Shown here: one piece after another, positions 9,340 to 19,687 of the stretch | Numbering within the stretch: position 1 is the first letter of the stretch | Layout: every line of letters begins with the position of its first letter | Source of the DNA: Candidatus Poseidoniales archaeon | GTDB lineage: Archaea; Thermoplasmatota; Poseidoniia; Poseidoniales; Thalassarchaeaceae | Length of the DNA stretch: 64,000 nt | Assembly (NCBI GenBank): GCA_028283505.1 | Contig: JAPOFX010000003.1 | Span: 4,125-68,124, forward strand | Direction of reading: 5' to 3' | The notes under the pieces: model-generated | The model's database searches: none | Told to the model about the DNA's origin: nothing | What the model saw: only the letters and a program-made list of their open reading frames with translations | Made by a program: the position numbers and the translations under genes

Positions 9340-9480
9340 TTGACCACTACTTAACCATCGGTTGTATAGTCGGAGAGCAATTCCCTATATGAATTTGTGC
9401 ATTATGTGAATTGCAAATCAGATAAATTGAGGTATATTAGTGATGGAGAGCTTGAAATCCATTGCTTGATTCCGAACGTC

Positions 9481-11094
9481 ATGGTGCAGGCTGAGCACGA
9501 TGTTGCAATTCAAGACACCGATCGATTAGAGGGTCGTGCAGCTTTGGTAAATAATGTCAAGGCAGCCGTCGCACTTGCCGGAGCCGTAAGGTCTACTCTC
9601 GGGCCAAGAGGCTTAGACAAAATGCTGGTGGATTCAGATGGAGGGAGTCTGGTTACTAACGACGGAGTCACTGTGATTGAAACAGCCAAGGTTGAACATC
9701 CCACTGCGAGGTTGTTGATATCCGCATCTTCATCACAGGACAAAACAGCAAGGGACGGCACGACTTCGACCGTCGTTCTAACTGCGGAATTACTACAAAA
9801 TTCCCTAGAGCTAGTTAGAATGGGCATTCACCCTTCCACAATAATAAGTGGTTTCATACAGGCTGAGAGAGAAACTATCTCCGAACTGGAAAGAATATCA
9901 AGGCGTGCTAATTATCCGGATGAAGTGAAATCGGTAATCTCAACGACATTAGCGGGTAAAGTAAGTACTTCATTGGCATCCCATGTCACGGATATTGCAT
10001 TAGAAGCTGCCAGGGTACTTTCGGATGAGGAAGGGGGCGATGACCTGGAAAGATTGAGAGTGAAGAGACTTGAAGTGGGGGGCGGTTTATCTACAGATAG
10101 CTCACTGGTTAATGGCCTCATGATCGCGAAATCAAGAGTGGACATGGGAACTCCTGAAGCTTCCGGAGGGGGCACGATAGCCATCATAGATGGTGGATTG
10201 GAAAATGCAAAATTGGAGATGGAGGCAGAGATAGAAGTCAGTAGCCCTGGTGTTCTCAGGGGCTTTCATGAGAGGTCTCTTGCAAAGCTCAAGAACTCTG
10301 TCGATCACCTTTCATCATTAGGTGTGAATCTGCTCATTATCAGAGATGGAGTATCAGAAGACGCGATATCAATGCTGTCAGATTCTGGGATTACAACATA
10401 CAGGCGGTTTGAGAGAGGTGACTTGGAAATCTTATCCAGAATCACGGGAGCGAGAATAATAAGAGACCCTGCAAGAGCTTCAATGGAAGATCTTGGTATT
10501 TTTACTGGCAGGAAGGAGGAGTCAATTGCTGGTGTGACACACACGACTATCAAAGGTTCCGAAATGGGTGCTCTTACTGTTGTCTTCAGGGGGACCTCTC
10601 AACAGATCAGAGAAGAGTCGATGAGGGCTTTTGATGATGCGATGGGCGTATCATTCAGAATGCTCAGAGACCCCAGAGTCGTTCCAGGAGGGGGTGCCGT
10701 TCAAACCCATTTAGCCAGGCATATCAGGTCATTCGCATTGGGTAATCCAGGACGTGAGCAGTTGGCAATGGAGGCTTATGCGGCTGCACTCGAAGTAATT
10801 CCCAGAACTCTTGCTGAGAATGCCGGCCTAGACCCGATAGATGTGCTATTAGATTTGTCTGCAGCACAGACATCTGAACGAGATGATGGGGCTTGGATTG
10901 GACTCGATGCGATGACTGGAAAGAAGGCTAGAATGGATAAGCTGGGAATTCTGGATCCGCTTTTTGTAACAAGCCACTCGATCTCTGGTTCTACGGAGGC
11001 AGCAATTAGTGTTCTGAGAATAAATGATGTCTTGTGGGCCAAGCAGGACCCGACTACCCCTGATTGGAAGGACGAGGAAATTCAGGAAGACTGA
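9481..11094 (+). CDS. ths: Thermosome subunit (group II chaperonin)
   Basis: LGPRGLDKMLV, TNDGVTV and VVPGGGAVQ motifs. I chose the ATG at 9481 (MVQAEHD...) over the track's GTG at 9397, because the extra 28 aa are not chaperonin-like. Confidence 0.9.
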   Translation: MVQAEHDVAIQDTDRLEGRAALVNNVKAAVALAGAVRSTLGPRGLDKMLVDSDGGSLVTNDGVTVIETAKVEHPTARLLISASSSQDKTARDGTTSTVVLTAELLQNSLELVRMGIHPSTIISGFIQAERETISELERISRRANYPDEVKSVISTTLAGKVSTSLASHVTDIALEAARVLSDEEGGDDLERLRVKRLEVGGGLSTDSSLVNGLMIAKSRVDMGTPEASGGGTIAIIDGGLENAKLEMEAEIEVSSPGVLRGFHERSLAKLKNSVDHLSSLGVNLLIIRDGVSEDAISMLSDSGITTYRRFERGDLEILSRITGARIIRDPARASMEDLGIFTGRKEESIAGVTHTTIKGSEMGALTVVFRGTSQQIREESMRAFDDAMGVSFRMLRDPRVVPGGGAVQTHLARHIRSFALGNPGREQLAMEAYAAALEVIPRTLAENAGLDPIDVLLDLSAAQTSERDDGAWIGLDAMTGKKARMDKLGILDPLFVTSHSISGSTEAAISVLRINDVLWAKQDPTTPDWKDEEIQED

Positions 11095-12047
11095 TTTTTC
11101 CTGAGATTTTCTAACATCTCGTCCACCATTCTATCCAAATTGAAATTGGCCTCCCAGCCCCAATCACCTTTAGCTGGGCTATCATCAACATCATCTGGCC
11201 AAGAGTCGGCAACCCTCTGTCTGAAATCGGGATTGAAATCACATGTGAATTCTGGAATCCTGAGGGAAATTCTATCCGCCAACTCTCCAGCAGTGAATGA
11301 GCACCCTCTGATATTGTAACCAGCCCTAGATGTACCAAGTCTACTCCCATCAGCCTGCATAATCATTTCTGTTGCCCTGATTGCGTCATCGATGTACATC
11401 ATTGGGAGTCTAGTATCCTCACTAACAAAGCAATTGTAATGCCCATCATTGATTGCTGCTTGGAAGATGTCAACTGCATAGTCAGTAGTACCTCCTCCTG
11501 CAGGTGCTTTCCATGAGATCAGGCCGGGAAATCTGAGTCCCCTGATGTCAACCCCGTATTGCTTGAAATAATTCATACCCAAGACCTCTCCTGTGACTTT
11601 GGTCTTACCATAAGTTGTGGTAGGGTTTAGATTTGCTTTTTGTGGTGCAATCTTTGGTGAGTCTGGGCCAAAAACTGCTATTGAAGATGGCGCGAATACC
11701 TTGAGGTCAAAATCTCTAGCCACCTCCAAAACAGTAACGGTTCCGCCGACATTCACCCTTTGACAGAGCTCTGGATTTTTCTCACCTGTAGCAGATAAAA
11801 TTGCAGCAAGATGGTAAACTGTCCCAATTCCCTCATCAGTGACTGTTTTCTCCATGGCTTCGCCATCTAATACACTTAGATTACAAAATGGCCCTTCTGG
11901 GAAGTATCGGTCATCATCTGGTACCCTGATGTCTGTGGCAAGAACAGTATCATTACCGTGCTTTTTCCTTAGTTTCGAAACAAGCTCAGTCCCTATCTGA
12001 CCAAGTGCCCCCGTTACAAGAATTCTATCCCCGGGCGCCTCGGCCAT
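11082..12047 (-). CDS. NAD-dependent epimerase/dehydratase family protein, L-threonine 3-dehydrogenase-like (extended SDR)
   Basis: ILVTGALGQIGTELV Rossmann motif and VYHLAAILSATGEKNP. Start moved to the ATG at 12047 (MAEAPGDRILVTG), which removes the overlap with pyrG. The 3' end overlaps the thermosome stop convergently by 13 nt. Confidence 0.75.
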   Translation of the reverse strand: MAEAPGDRILVTGALGQIGTELVSKLRKKHGNDTVLATDIRVPDDDRYFPEGPFCNLSVLDGEAMEKTVTDEGIGTVYHLAAILSATGEKNPELCQRVNVGGTVTVLEVARDFDLKVFAPSSIAVFGPDSPKIAPQKANLNPTTTYGKTKVTGEVLGMNYFKQYGVDIRGLRFPGLISWKAPAGGGTTDYAVDIFQAAINDGHYNCFVSEDTRLPMMYIDDAIRATEMIMQADGSRLGTSRAGYNIRGCSFTAGELADRISLRIPEFTCDFNPDFRQRVADSWPDDVDDSPAKGDWGWEANFNLDRMVDEMLENLRKNQSS

Positions 12048-12118
12048 GGAGCTACCCAAAGCTGGAGCTACTTGGACATTGATGTCTGATATTGACCGTT
12101 TATCGACCCAATGTTGAT

Positions 12119-13801
12119 ATGCGAGGCATGATGGCTTCAAACCCCGTTGATTACATGAAGTATGTCGTAGTGACGGGCGGAGTTCTATCTGGATTAGGTA
12201 AAGGGGTAACTGCAAGTAGCATCGGAGTTCTTCTAAAATCGGCTGGACTCAAGGTTACTTCAATAAAGATTGATCCGTACCTGAACAGTGATGCTGGAAC
12301 TATGTCTCCATTTGAACATGGAGAAGTTTTCGTTCTCGATGATGGGGGGGAAGTGGATCTTGATTTGGGTAATTATGAGAGATTTTTGGATATTGCACTC
12401 ACAAGAGACAATAATATCACAACTGGAAAGGTGTATGCTAATGTAATCGATAAGGAGAGGAGGGGGGACTATCTTGGAAAGACCGTGCAAGTTGTTCCCC
12501 ACATCACAAATGAAATTCAAGAATGGATAGAAAGGGTGGCTCATGTCCCGGCGGATGGTTCGTCTGAAACTCCTGACGCATGTGTGATAGAGCTAGGGGG
12601 AACAGTTGGAGATATTGAGAGTGCACCATTCATCGAAGCACTTCGTCAATTCCAATTCAGAGCTGGAAAAGGAAATGTCTGTTTCGTTCACGTCAGTCTG
12701 GTTCCAGTTATGGGCCCAGTAGGAGAACAGAAAACAAAACCAACTCAACACACTGTGAAGGAATTGAGGGGTTTGGGAATAATTCCTGATATTCTAGTTT
12801 GTAGGTCAGAGAAGCCACTTGACTCCGAGACGAAGTCCAAGCTGGCCGCATTCTGTCATGTGGATGAAGACGCTGTTGTTTCCGCACATGACGTTTCCAA
12901 TCTCTATCAGATTCCAATATCACTCTTTGAGCAGTCCGTTCTGCGAAAGGTTTCGGTCCACCTGGGCTTTCAAGTTCCGACTAAGTTGCCAATACTGGAT
13001 GAATGGAGGGAGATGGCTGACAAGGTGGACACTCTGGAGGAGGAAGTAAGAATCGCAATGGTGGGTAAATACACTGGACTTTCTGACTCATACCTCTCAG
13101 TGATTAAAGCTCTGCAGCATAGCGCGTTCGCGGTTGGCAGAAAATTGCAGATAGACTGGATAGAGTCCACCGATCTAGACCCAAATGATAGGACTGAGAA
13201 TCATGAAGAGGCTTGGAGGATGCTTGAGTCAGCGGATGGAATCTTAGTACCTGGAGGATTTGGGAATCGTGGTGTTGAGGGGAAGATCGCGGCGGCGAAT
13301 TATGCCAGAGTCAATGAAGTTCCATATCTTGGTGTATGTTTAGGTTTGCAAATCGCGACCATAGAGTTCTGTAGAAATGTTCTGAATATTGAGAGTGCTA
13401 ATTCAGCCGAATTTGATGAGGATGCTCCTGTGCATGCTGTGGTTTTCATGCCAGAGATTTCAAAGACACAAATGGGAGGAACAATGAGGCTTGGTTCTAA
13501 GCCCACTCCTTTCTTAGTGGACGATTGCAAGATTAGGAGACTCTACGGTGGAGCTGAGTATGTCAACGAGCGGCATAGGCATCGTTACGAGGTGAATCCG
13601 GATCTTATTGAGAAGATTGAGGCATCGGGGCTGGTATATGTTGGAAAGGACGAGACTGGTAAAAGATGTGAGATTATGGAGCTGAACGGTCATCCATATT
13701 ATGTGGGTACACAATATCATCCGGAGTTCAAATCCAGGCCGGGGAGGCCCAGCCCCCCGTTCCTTGGACTACTGAAAGCTGCGTGTGGGCAGGAAATATA
13801 G
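12119..13801 (+). CDS. pyrG: CTP synthase
   Basis: [17 protein letters not shown]-terminus, GTVGDIES, and a glutamine amidotransferase domain with GVCLGLQ and HRHRYEVN. The start is uncertain (TTG 12092, ATG 12119 or 12128). Confidence 0.95.
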   Translation: MRGMMASNPVDYMKYVVVTGGVLSGLGKGVTASSIGVLLKSAGLKVTSIKIDPYLNSDAGTMSPFEHGEVFVLDDGGEVDLDLGNYERFLDIALTRDNNITTGKVYANVIDKERRGDYLGKTVQVVPHITNEIQEWIERVAHVPADGSSETPDACVIELGGTVGDIESAPFIEALRQFQFRAGKGNVCFVHVSLVPVMGPVGEQKTKPTQHTVKELRGLGIIPDILVCRSEKPLDSETKSKLAAFCHVDEDAVVSAHDVSNLYQIPISLFEQSVLRKVSVHLGFQVPTKLPILDEWREMADKVDTLEEEVRIAMVGKYTGLSDSYLSVIKALQHSAFAVGRKLQIDWIESTDLDPNDRTENHEEAWRMLESADGILVPGGFGNRGVEGKIAAANYARVNEVPYLGVCLGLQIATIEFCRNVLNIESANSAEFDEDAPVHAVVFMPEISKTQMGGTMRLGSKPTPFLVDDCKIRRLYGGAEYVNERHRHRYEVNPDLIEKIEASGLVYVGKDETGKRCEIMELNGHPYYVGTQYHPEFKSRPGRPSPPFLGLLKAACGQEI

Positions 13802-13834
13802 TAGATTGAAATATCATTCTCCCCTGTTCTGGCT

Positions 13835-14578
13835 GTGCGATGCCTAGGGGTTGATTTGGGAGGTAGTGGTTTCAGACTAGGGGTCTTCGATGTAGGGACC
13901 GGTAACCTTTGTAGTAAATGGGAAGTTATTACTCATGACGGGGATACCAAGCCATCGAGTGTAGTCCCCAGAATCAGGGATTCAATAATTGATATCGGAT
14001 GGTCTGGACCGATAGGGGTGGGCTTCCCAGGGGTAGTTTCTAATGGTAGGATTCTGACGGCCCCTAATCTCGGAGATGAATGGATGGAATTGGATTTCAA
14101 GAGAGAGTTGGAAAATTTTCACAGTGGGATTTTCACCATGATTAATGATGCTGATGCTGTTGCTTTAACGGAATATAGTTTAGGATCAAGCAAAAATCAG
14201 ACCGGAACAATATTGACTGTTACAATAGGAACTGGTATCGGGACCACAATACAAAATGATGGGGGCATGGTTCCTAATTTGGAGTACGGCAGAGAACCTC
14301 ATCCAAGACTGGAGGGTTCTCTTGAGTCCCATATCTCTGCCAGTACTAGGAGTGAGGAGGGGTTATCCATTGGGGAGTGGGCTAATAGATTTCAAGAAGG
14401 CATAGAGTTTCTTGAAAGATTGACTGAGCCGGACTTGATCGTTCTTTATGGCGGAATTATGGAGCATTGGAGTGAGTTCTCTGACTTGATTTCCAGTGAA
14501 GCACAGATTAAGCCGGCTAGATTCGGTACTGAAGCAGGAGCTCTCGGAGCAGCAATTGCGGTATCCAAATTATGTTAA
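13835..14578 (+). CDS. ROK-family sugar kinase (polyphosphate/ATP glucokinase-like)
   Basis: GTG start. GVDLGGSGFRLG phosphate-1 motif, NDADAVAL and GTGIGT. Short form (247 aa) without the zinc motif. Confidence 0.7.
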   Translation: MRCLGVDLGGSGFRLGVFDVGTGNLCSKWEVITHDGDTKPSSVVPRIRDSIIDIGWSGPIGVGFPGVVSNGRILTAPNLGDEWMELDFKRELENFHSGIFTMINDADAVALTEYSLGSSKNQTGTILTVTIGTGIGTTIQNDGGMVPNLEYGREPHPRLEGSLESHISASTRSEEGLSIGEWANRFQEGIEFLERLTEPDLIVLYGGIMEHWSEFSDLISSEAQIKPARFGTEAGALGAAIAVSKLC

Positions 14579-14611
14579 TCCTAGACAGGAACATAGTAGG
14601 AAATCAGCCTA

Positions 14612-16390
14612 TTAACAGCAACTATCGGGATGACTGTCCTGTGCACAAAAGCAGGTCTTTGCTGGAACAATGTCAGCCCTTGAGCTTCTCTCTTTGAACA
14701 AAGCTGATACTTTCTCGAGCTCCCCTGATTTATCCTCTCTTGCTTCCAAGCACAATTTTAGTCCTAGAAGGCCCCACATGTTATCTTTCCATAGCTTGAT
14801 ATCTTCGCGATATACTTGTTCGGCTTCCTCGATATGTCCCTGCTCAAGAAGTAGGGCCCCCAGGATATGCCTAACTGGTTGCATCTGGCCCCATGGTTCG
14901 TTGTATGCTAAATTTAGGGACAGATCAACTCCTCTTCGTAGCTCATCGAACGCGGCAGAGAAATCATACGATTCTCCTTTTGCCTTAGCTAGGAACTGTC
15001 TTCTGTATTCTATTTCTCCCTCAAGAATAGAAGCGTTGACGTTGAGTATTGAGGGCCCCTCAGAAGGATCTTGATACATGAAATTGTTATGCATAACCCT
15101 TCCCTCGAGAGATGGATTTTTCAGAGCCTCGTTGAATAGAGCTTGCTCTGCCTCAGCCTCTCTAACCATTCCCTTGGAGGCGTATGCAACTCCTCTAGCG
15201 TAGTGCTGGGTGGCAATGGTTGCAGGGAATACTTCCTTGTCGGAATACATTGGTTCAGCCAATATGTCATCCCACTTTCCGAATCTAATCATGACATGCC
15301 ATGGCATCGTGACATATGATTCTAGGAATATGGCTCCCATTGGTATAATACCTGCAAGCATGAACTGGACACCGGAATTCTCATCTCCTTGTGGCAGGGT
15401 ACTGACTGCCTTTCTGGCATATTTCAATGCAGTTTCATACTGGCCATCGAACATTGCACACCAAACAACGAAGTGATGATTGTGCATCCTGTAGAACTTG
15501 TAGAACTGGGATTCATTACCGGTAATTTCCACGTATCTATCGTCAGCTTCAACCGCTGCTATGTTGCAATCTATCGCCTCTTTCCATTGTCCGACCCATG
15601 CATCAATGTGGGATGGCATATGGACCAAATGACCTAAGCCTGGCATTAGGTCCCTAAGAACATCAGCCGCAGGTAGTGCCTTCTCTGGGAATGGTGACAA
15701 TTCAAGGGCGTGACAATATAGATGACAAAGGGCTGGGTGTGTCTTGGCTTCATCACTATTTTCAAATGCTCGTTCCATGATATCTACCAGAAGAAGTGTA
15801 TTATCATCTGCTGGGGTAATCTCTCCTGACTTGGTATCCTTATCCCACAATTGCCATGCTTTCAGATTCATCAAAGCCTCAACATAGATTGCAGTTACAT
15901 CGAGGTCTCCATCGTATTTTTCATAGAGTGGGGCCATTGCTTCAGCGAAGGCTATGTTAAGTTCGGGACTATTTCCCATGTTCAATACTGAGGGGTCTGC
16001 TGCATCTCTCGCCTCCTCGGAATGTCTCTTTGAAAGGGCTAAGATCAGGTCCTGTTCAAGCTCTGTGCAATGTTCCCTTAGGGACATAGCCTTCTGAATT
16101 GGGTCATGTCCAGATCCAAGTCCAGGAGTCCAATTATAATTTGATGAGACACAATAAGCTATCCCCCACCATGCCATAGCACAGTCTGGATCCATTTCAG
16201 CGCACTTTGAGAAGCATGCGATTGCTTCTTCATGGTTGTAATTCAACATATGCCCATATGCAAGAGCGAACATCTTCCTCGATTCTTCACTCGCGCAAGT
16301 TACCCTTCTAGCGAAGGAATAATTCTCTTCATCTCCAAAATCGTACATCTCAGGTGTTAAATCCATGTCTTTACGGTGGCGGGGCTTCAT
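14612..16390 (-). CDS. TPR-like helical-repeat protein with C-terminal Cys cluster, function unknown
   Basis: 592 aa, helical-repeat-like throughout (EEAIACFSKCAEMDPDCAMAWWGIAY...). Ends KTCFCAQDSHPDSCC. Confidence 0.6.
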   Translation of the reverse strand: MKPRHRKDMDLTPEMYDFGDEENYSFARRVTCASEESRKMFALAYGHMLNYNHEEAIACFSKCAEMDPDCAMAWWGIAYCVSSNYNWTPGLGSGHDPIQKAMSLREHCTELEQDLILALSKRHSEEARDAADPSVLNMGNSPELNIAFAEAMAPLYEKYDGDLDVTAIYVEALMNLKAWQLWDKDTKSGEITPADDNTLLLVDIMERAFENSDEAKTHPALCHLYCHALELSPFPEKALPAADVLRDLMPGLGHLVHMPSHIDAWVGQWKEAIDCNIAAVEADDRYVEITGNESQFYKFYRMHNHHFVVWCAMFDGQYETALKYARKAVSTLPQGDENSGVQFMLAGIIPMGAIFLESYVTMPWHVMIRFGKWDDILAEPMYSDKEVFPATIATQHYARGVAYASKGMVREAEAEQALFNEALKNPSLEGRVMHNNFMYQDPSEGPSILNVNASILEGEIEYRRQFLAKAKGESYDFSAAFDELRRGVDLSLNLAYNEPWGQMQPVRHILGALLLEQGHIEEAEQVYREDIKLWKDNMWGLLGLKLCLEAREDKSGELEKVSALFKERSSRADIVPAKTCFCAQDSHPDSCC

Positions 16391-16426
16391 ATAACATATG
16401 TGATGCTTATCTTAGAAATTGACCAT

Positions 16427-17569
16427 TCAGTCTACTGATACAGGCAGAATTCTGGTTGTTCTGTACCCTTGCAATACCTTTAGGTACCTCTTTTTTGAGA
16501 ATTTTTCATCTAATTGAGGGTCCCCAGTTTCTACTCTGAGGTTTCGTAAGGTGAGCATTTTTGCAGGTGTGACTATTCCTAGGATATTGTCTACCCCAAC
16601 CATCCGGAGTACTTCTGGGGATAATTGTAGGTTTCCTCTACCTATCAGAAAACCTTGGCCCCCCATTGGAGATAACAAAAGCGTTACTTCACCAGTATGT
16701 TTCTCTAAGTGCTGAATGATTTCCTTCTCATTAAGGTCTGAAGCGATCAGTCTATTTCCCTTCGATATGTCGATACCTAAAGTATTCAATTCAAATCCGA
16801 GATTAGAACCAATTGTCCTCAAAGTCCCTCCAGATCCCCAAATTATCATCCTACCTTCATCGAGTAGTGTATCCCTGATATGATCTGAAAGCCCCTCAAC
16901 TACCTCCTCCTCTCCGGATGCCTCCACCCTCATCTTTGAGCCTTGCATCCATCGAGGGCTTGCGGGGGTGATAGCCTCGGCATAAAGCCTGACAACCCAT
17001 TTCCCTTGCCTGTAGAGATCCTCATCTAGATCTAGTACTTCAGTTGAGGATAGCAGGAGGTCTTGATTTATCCAAGCACTGAGAACTTCGGCCGCCGCCT
17101 TGGGCGAGGATGCGAAACATCCTGAGTGCATCTTTACACCAGTAGGAACGCCAATAATTGGTAGATTTGGTTTACCATTATCTGATAAAGATGCAACAAT
17201 ATCTCTGGTTGTTCCATCACCTCCTGCATACAAGATTAAATCGACGTCCGATTCAATCATACACTTTATGGCCTGATTGGTGTCGTTAGCGTAAGTTTCT
17301 CGTAAAGACGAGTGGATTGGGACTATTGGAGACAGGGCTTCTGGAATCCAACGAGTCCCCATTCTACCCTCACTTACGAACCACTCGATTCCAAGGCTCT
17401 CTCCCTTTGTGATGTTGATGAAATGTTCCAGCATGAGTCTCATTCTAGGTCCAGAACGATCTTCTGCACCCATGGATCTAGCGATCTCAGCTTGTCCATC
17501 CGAACCTTTCAAGCCCAGTCTCCCACCTAGGCCAGCGTCCGGATTAACCAGTAGGCCCACCCTCACCAT
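16427..17569 (-). CDS. ATP-NAD kinase-like family protein (COG3199-type)
   Basis: N-terminus VGLLVNPDAGLGGR plus YAGGDGTTRD (the NAD kinase/diacylglycerol kinase GGDGT motif). 380 aa. Confidence 0.65.
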   Translation of the reverse strand: MVRVGLLVNPDAGLGGRLGLKGSDGQAEIARSMGAEDRSGPRMRLMLEHFINITKGESLGIEWFVSEGRMGTRWIPEALSPIVPIHSSLRETYANDTNQAIKCMIESDVDLILYAGGDGTTRDIVASLSDNGKPNLPIIGVPTGVKMHSGCFASSPKAAAEVLSAWINQDLLLSSTEVLDLDEDLYRQGKWVVRLYAEAITPASPRWMQGSKMRVEASGEEEVVEGLSDHIRDTLLDEGRMIIWGSGGTLRTIGSNLGFELNTLGIDISKGNRLIASDLNEKEIIQHLEKHTGEVTLLLSPMGGQGFLIGRGNLQLSPEVLRMVGVDNILGIVTPAKMLTLRNLRVETGDPQLDEKFSKKRYLKVLQGYRTTRILPVSVD

Positions 17570-17731
17570 GGTGGTGCCAGGGGGGGACTGGTCTTATCGC
17601 TTCGTAATGCAAAGTCTCGGAAGGGGCAACACGAAAAGTTCGGAACAATAATAATTGGCGGTTATTGGAAGAAATAGATAGTCGAATTCAAACGGGATTG
17701 CTCAACCGGACGGATATAGGAGACGGTACCG

Positions 17732-19687
17732 ATGATATCTGTTAAAGTTGGCAGTGGAGATGTCCATGAGTACGCCATAGGGATTTCTGCGGGCGAGGTC
17801 ATTGAGAACGTACACGGTAGGAAGTCTGGGGCTGTGGCTGCTCTAGTTGATGGCATTGAAAGGGATATGAGTCATGAGTTGGATAGAGACTGTACTGTCA
17901 TGCCTATTCTTGGAGAATCTCCAGAGGGGCTGTACATTCTTAGGCACTCATGTGCCCATTTACTCGCACAGGCAGTAACGGAGATCTTCCCTAATGCAAA
18001 GCCTACGATAGGCCCTCCGATAGATCACGGTTTCTACTACGATTTCCATATGGATCCTATTTCTGAAGAAGAGCTCAAAACAATAGAGAAGAGAATGAAG
18101 GAGCTAATAAAGAGAAACCTGGCAATTTCTAGAGAGGAATACGACAACAACGATCTCCGCTCAATATTCGGAGATAACAAGTTCAAGCTCGAGATAATGG
18201 ATGACAAGATTGGCCATGATATCGGTTCGTCGATTTATCGTCAGGGGGAATTCGTAGATCTCTGTCGTGGACCTCACGTTCCATCCACCTCTCATCTAAG
18301 ATGGTTCAAGTTAACCAGCACCAGTACAGCTTACTGGCGTGCGGATAGTAATCGCGAAACGCTGGTCAGGATTTATGGTATGTGTTACGCCACTAAGGAA
18401 GGCCTGAAAGAACGTCAGCAACAGATTGAGGAGGCATCAAAACGCGATCACAAGAAGATTGGCAAGGAGATGGAGCTGTATATGATCGATGAGAAGATTG
18501 GCAAGGGACTGCCAGTCTGGCTTCCGAACGGTGAGATCCTAAAGTCTGAAATAGAAAGGTACGCTATCGAGACTGAAGAGTCATACGGATATCAAAGAGT
18601 TACAACACCTGTTTTGGCCAAGCAAGAATTGTTCGAAATTAGCGGACACCTTCCTCACTATGCCGATGGAATGTACCCCCCGATGGAGATGGATGACGGC
18701 ACCTACTACCTAAAAGCCATGAATTGCCCAATGCATCACTTGGTCTTCAACAACAAAAAACGAAGTTACAGGGATTTGCCGGTTAGAATAGCGGAATATG
18801 GAACTGTATACAGAAACGAGCTTTCTGGGACTCTCGCAGGACTTCTTAGAGTACGCATGCTATCGATGAATGACGCACACATATACTGCACTCTGGATCA
18901 GGTGGCCGAGGAAGTACGGGCCAATGTGCAGATGGTCAATGACTATTACAGAACATTTGGTTTCGAAAACTTCCATCTTCGACTGTCTCTTTGGGATCCA
19001 GCAAAGACTGAGAAATATATCGACCAGCCTGAAAACTGGGAGTCGACGCAGAGTCATCTTAGGGATATCCTGGAGGATATTGGAGTGCCATTCATCGAGG
19101 CGGTGGGAGAGGCTGCGTTCTATGGGCCAAAGATAGATATTCAGTTTACCACAGCTCTTGGCAGAGAGGAGTCTATGTCGACAATTCAATTGGACTTCGC
19201 CGCCAAGGATCGCTTTGGCTTGAGTTACAAAGATGAGAATGGAGATGAGAACGGAGAAGTATTCGTAATTCATCGGGCTCCCCTATCCACTCATGAGAGG
19301 TTTGTCGCCTTCCTAACAGAGCATTGGGCTGGAAACTTTCCAACTTGGCTATCTCCAATCCAGGTTCAGATAATTACCATCTCTGAGAAACACAAGGTAC
19401 ATGCGGCGACGGTTGCGAACAGACTTTACGAATCTGGTGTAAGGGTCAATGTAGATGATTCGGATAATACGGTGGGCAAAAAGATTAGGACTCACAGGAA
19501 AATGAGGCCCGCCTACATGGTAATCTTAGGCGATGAGGAGGCTGAGAACGGAACGGTATCAATCAGGTCCAGAACTGGTCAACAGCTAAATGGAATTCCA
19601 TTGGATGACTTCGTTGCTGGAATTTTTGCCGAGATAACGACTCGAGATAGGGAGCTCTCCATGATTCCAACGGAGAGAGGCAGTTGA
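17732..19687 (+). CDS. thrS: Threonyl-tRNA synthetase (full-length, with TGS and editing domains)
   Basis: N-terminal TGS-like domain, HSCAHLLAQA editing motif, class II core (YRNELSGTLAGLLRVR, HRAPLSTHERF) and a C-terminal anticodon-binding domain. Confidence 0.95.
   Translation: MISVKVGSGDVHEYAIGISAGEVIENVHGRKSGAVAALVDGIERDMSHELDRDCTVMPILGESPEGLYILRHSCAHLLAQAVTEIFPNAKPTIGPPIDHGFYYDFHMDPISEEELKTIEKRMKELIKRNLAISREEYDNNDLRSIFGDNKFKLEIMDDKIGHDIGSSIYRQGEFVDLCRGPHVPSTSHLRWFKLTSTSTAYWRADSNRETLVRIYGMCYATKEGLKERQQQIEEASKRDHKKIGKEMELYMIDEKIGKGLPVWLPNGEILKSEIERYAIETEESYGYQRVTTPVLAKQELFEISGHLPHYADGMYPPMEMDDGTYYLKAMNCPMHHLVFNNKKRSYRDLPVRIAEYGTVYRNELSGTLAGLLRVRMLSMNDAHIYCTLDQVAEEVRANVQMVNDYYRTFGFENFHLRLSLWDPAKTEKYIDQPENWESTQSHLRDILEDIGVPFIEAVGEAAFYGPKIDIQFTTALGREESMSTIQLDFAAKDRFGLSYKDENGDENGEVFVIHRAPLSTHERFVAFLTEHWAGNFPTWLSPIQVQIITISEKHKVHAATVANRLYESGVRVNVDDSDNTVGKKIRTHRKMRPAYMVILGDEEAENGTVSIRSRTGQQLNGIPLDDFVAGIFAEITTRDRELSMIPTERGS

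Noticed and set aside
9397-9480. N-terminal extensions in the ORF track for the thermosome and for 11082..12215, 22303..23211, 33907..35805, 37246..37953, 46942..47532, 47748..49097, 48932..50257, 50233..51591 and 56628..57539
   Set aside because: The extra residues are not family-like and create overlaps with neighbouring genes. Internal ATG/GTG codons give canonical family N-termini and tidy spacing. The exact starts remain predictions.
17580-17586. G7 homopolymer as a slippage or phase-variation site
   Set aside because: It lies in the intergenic leader upstream of the ATP-NAD kinase-like gene, outside any coding frame. There is no evidence of a regulatory role.
17570-17731. 162-nt thrS leader as a T-box or tRNA-mimic operator
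   Set aside because: I could not find a specifier or antiterminator arrangement or a convincing anticodon-arm mimic by eye. It is probably just the divergent promoter region.
19684-19687. thrS stop / MFS start overlap (TTGA) as evidence of functional coupling
   Set aside because: The overlap depends on a TTG start. An ATG 30 nt downstream (19714) precedes the first TM helix and is equally plausible, and there is no functional rationale.
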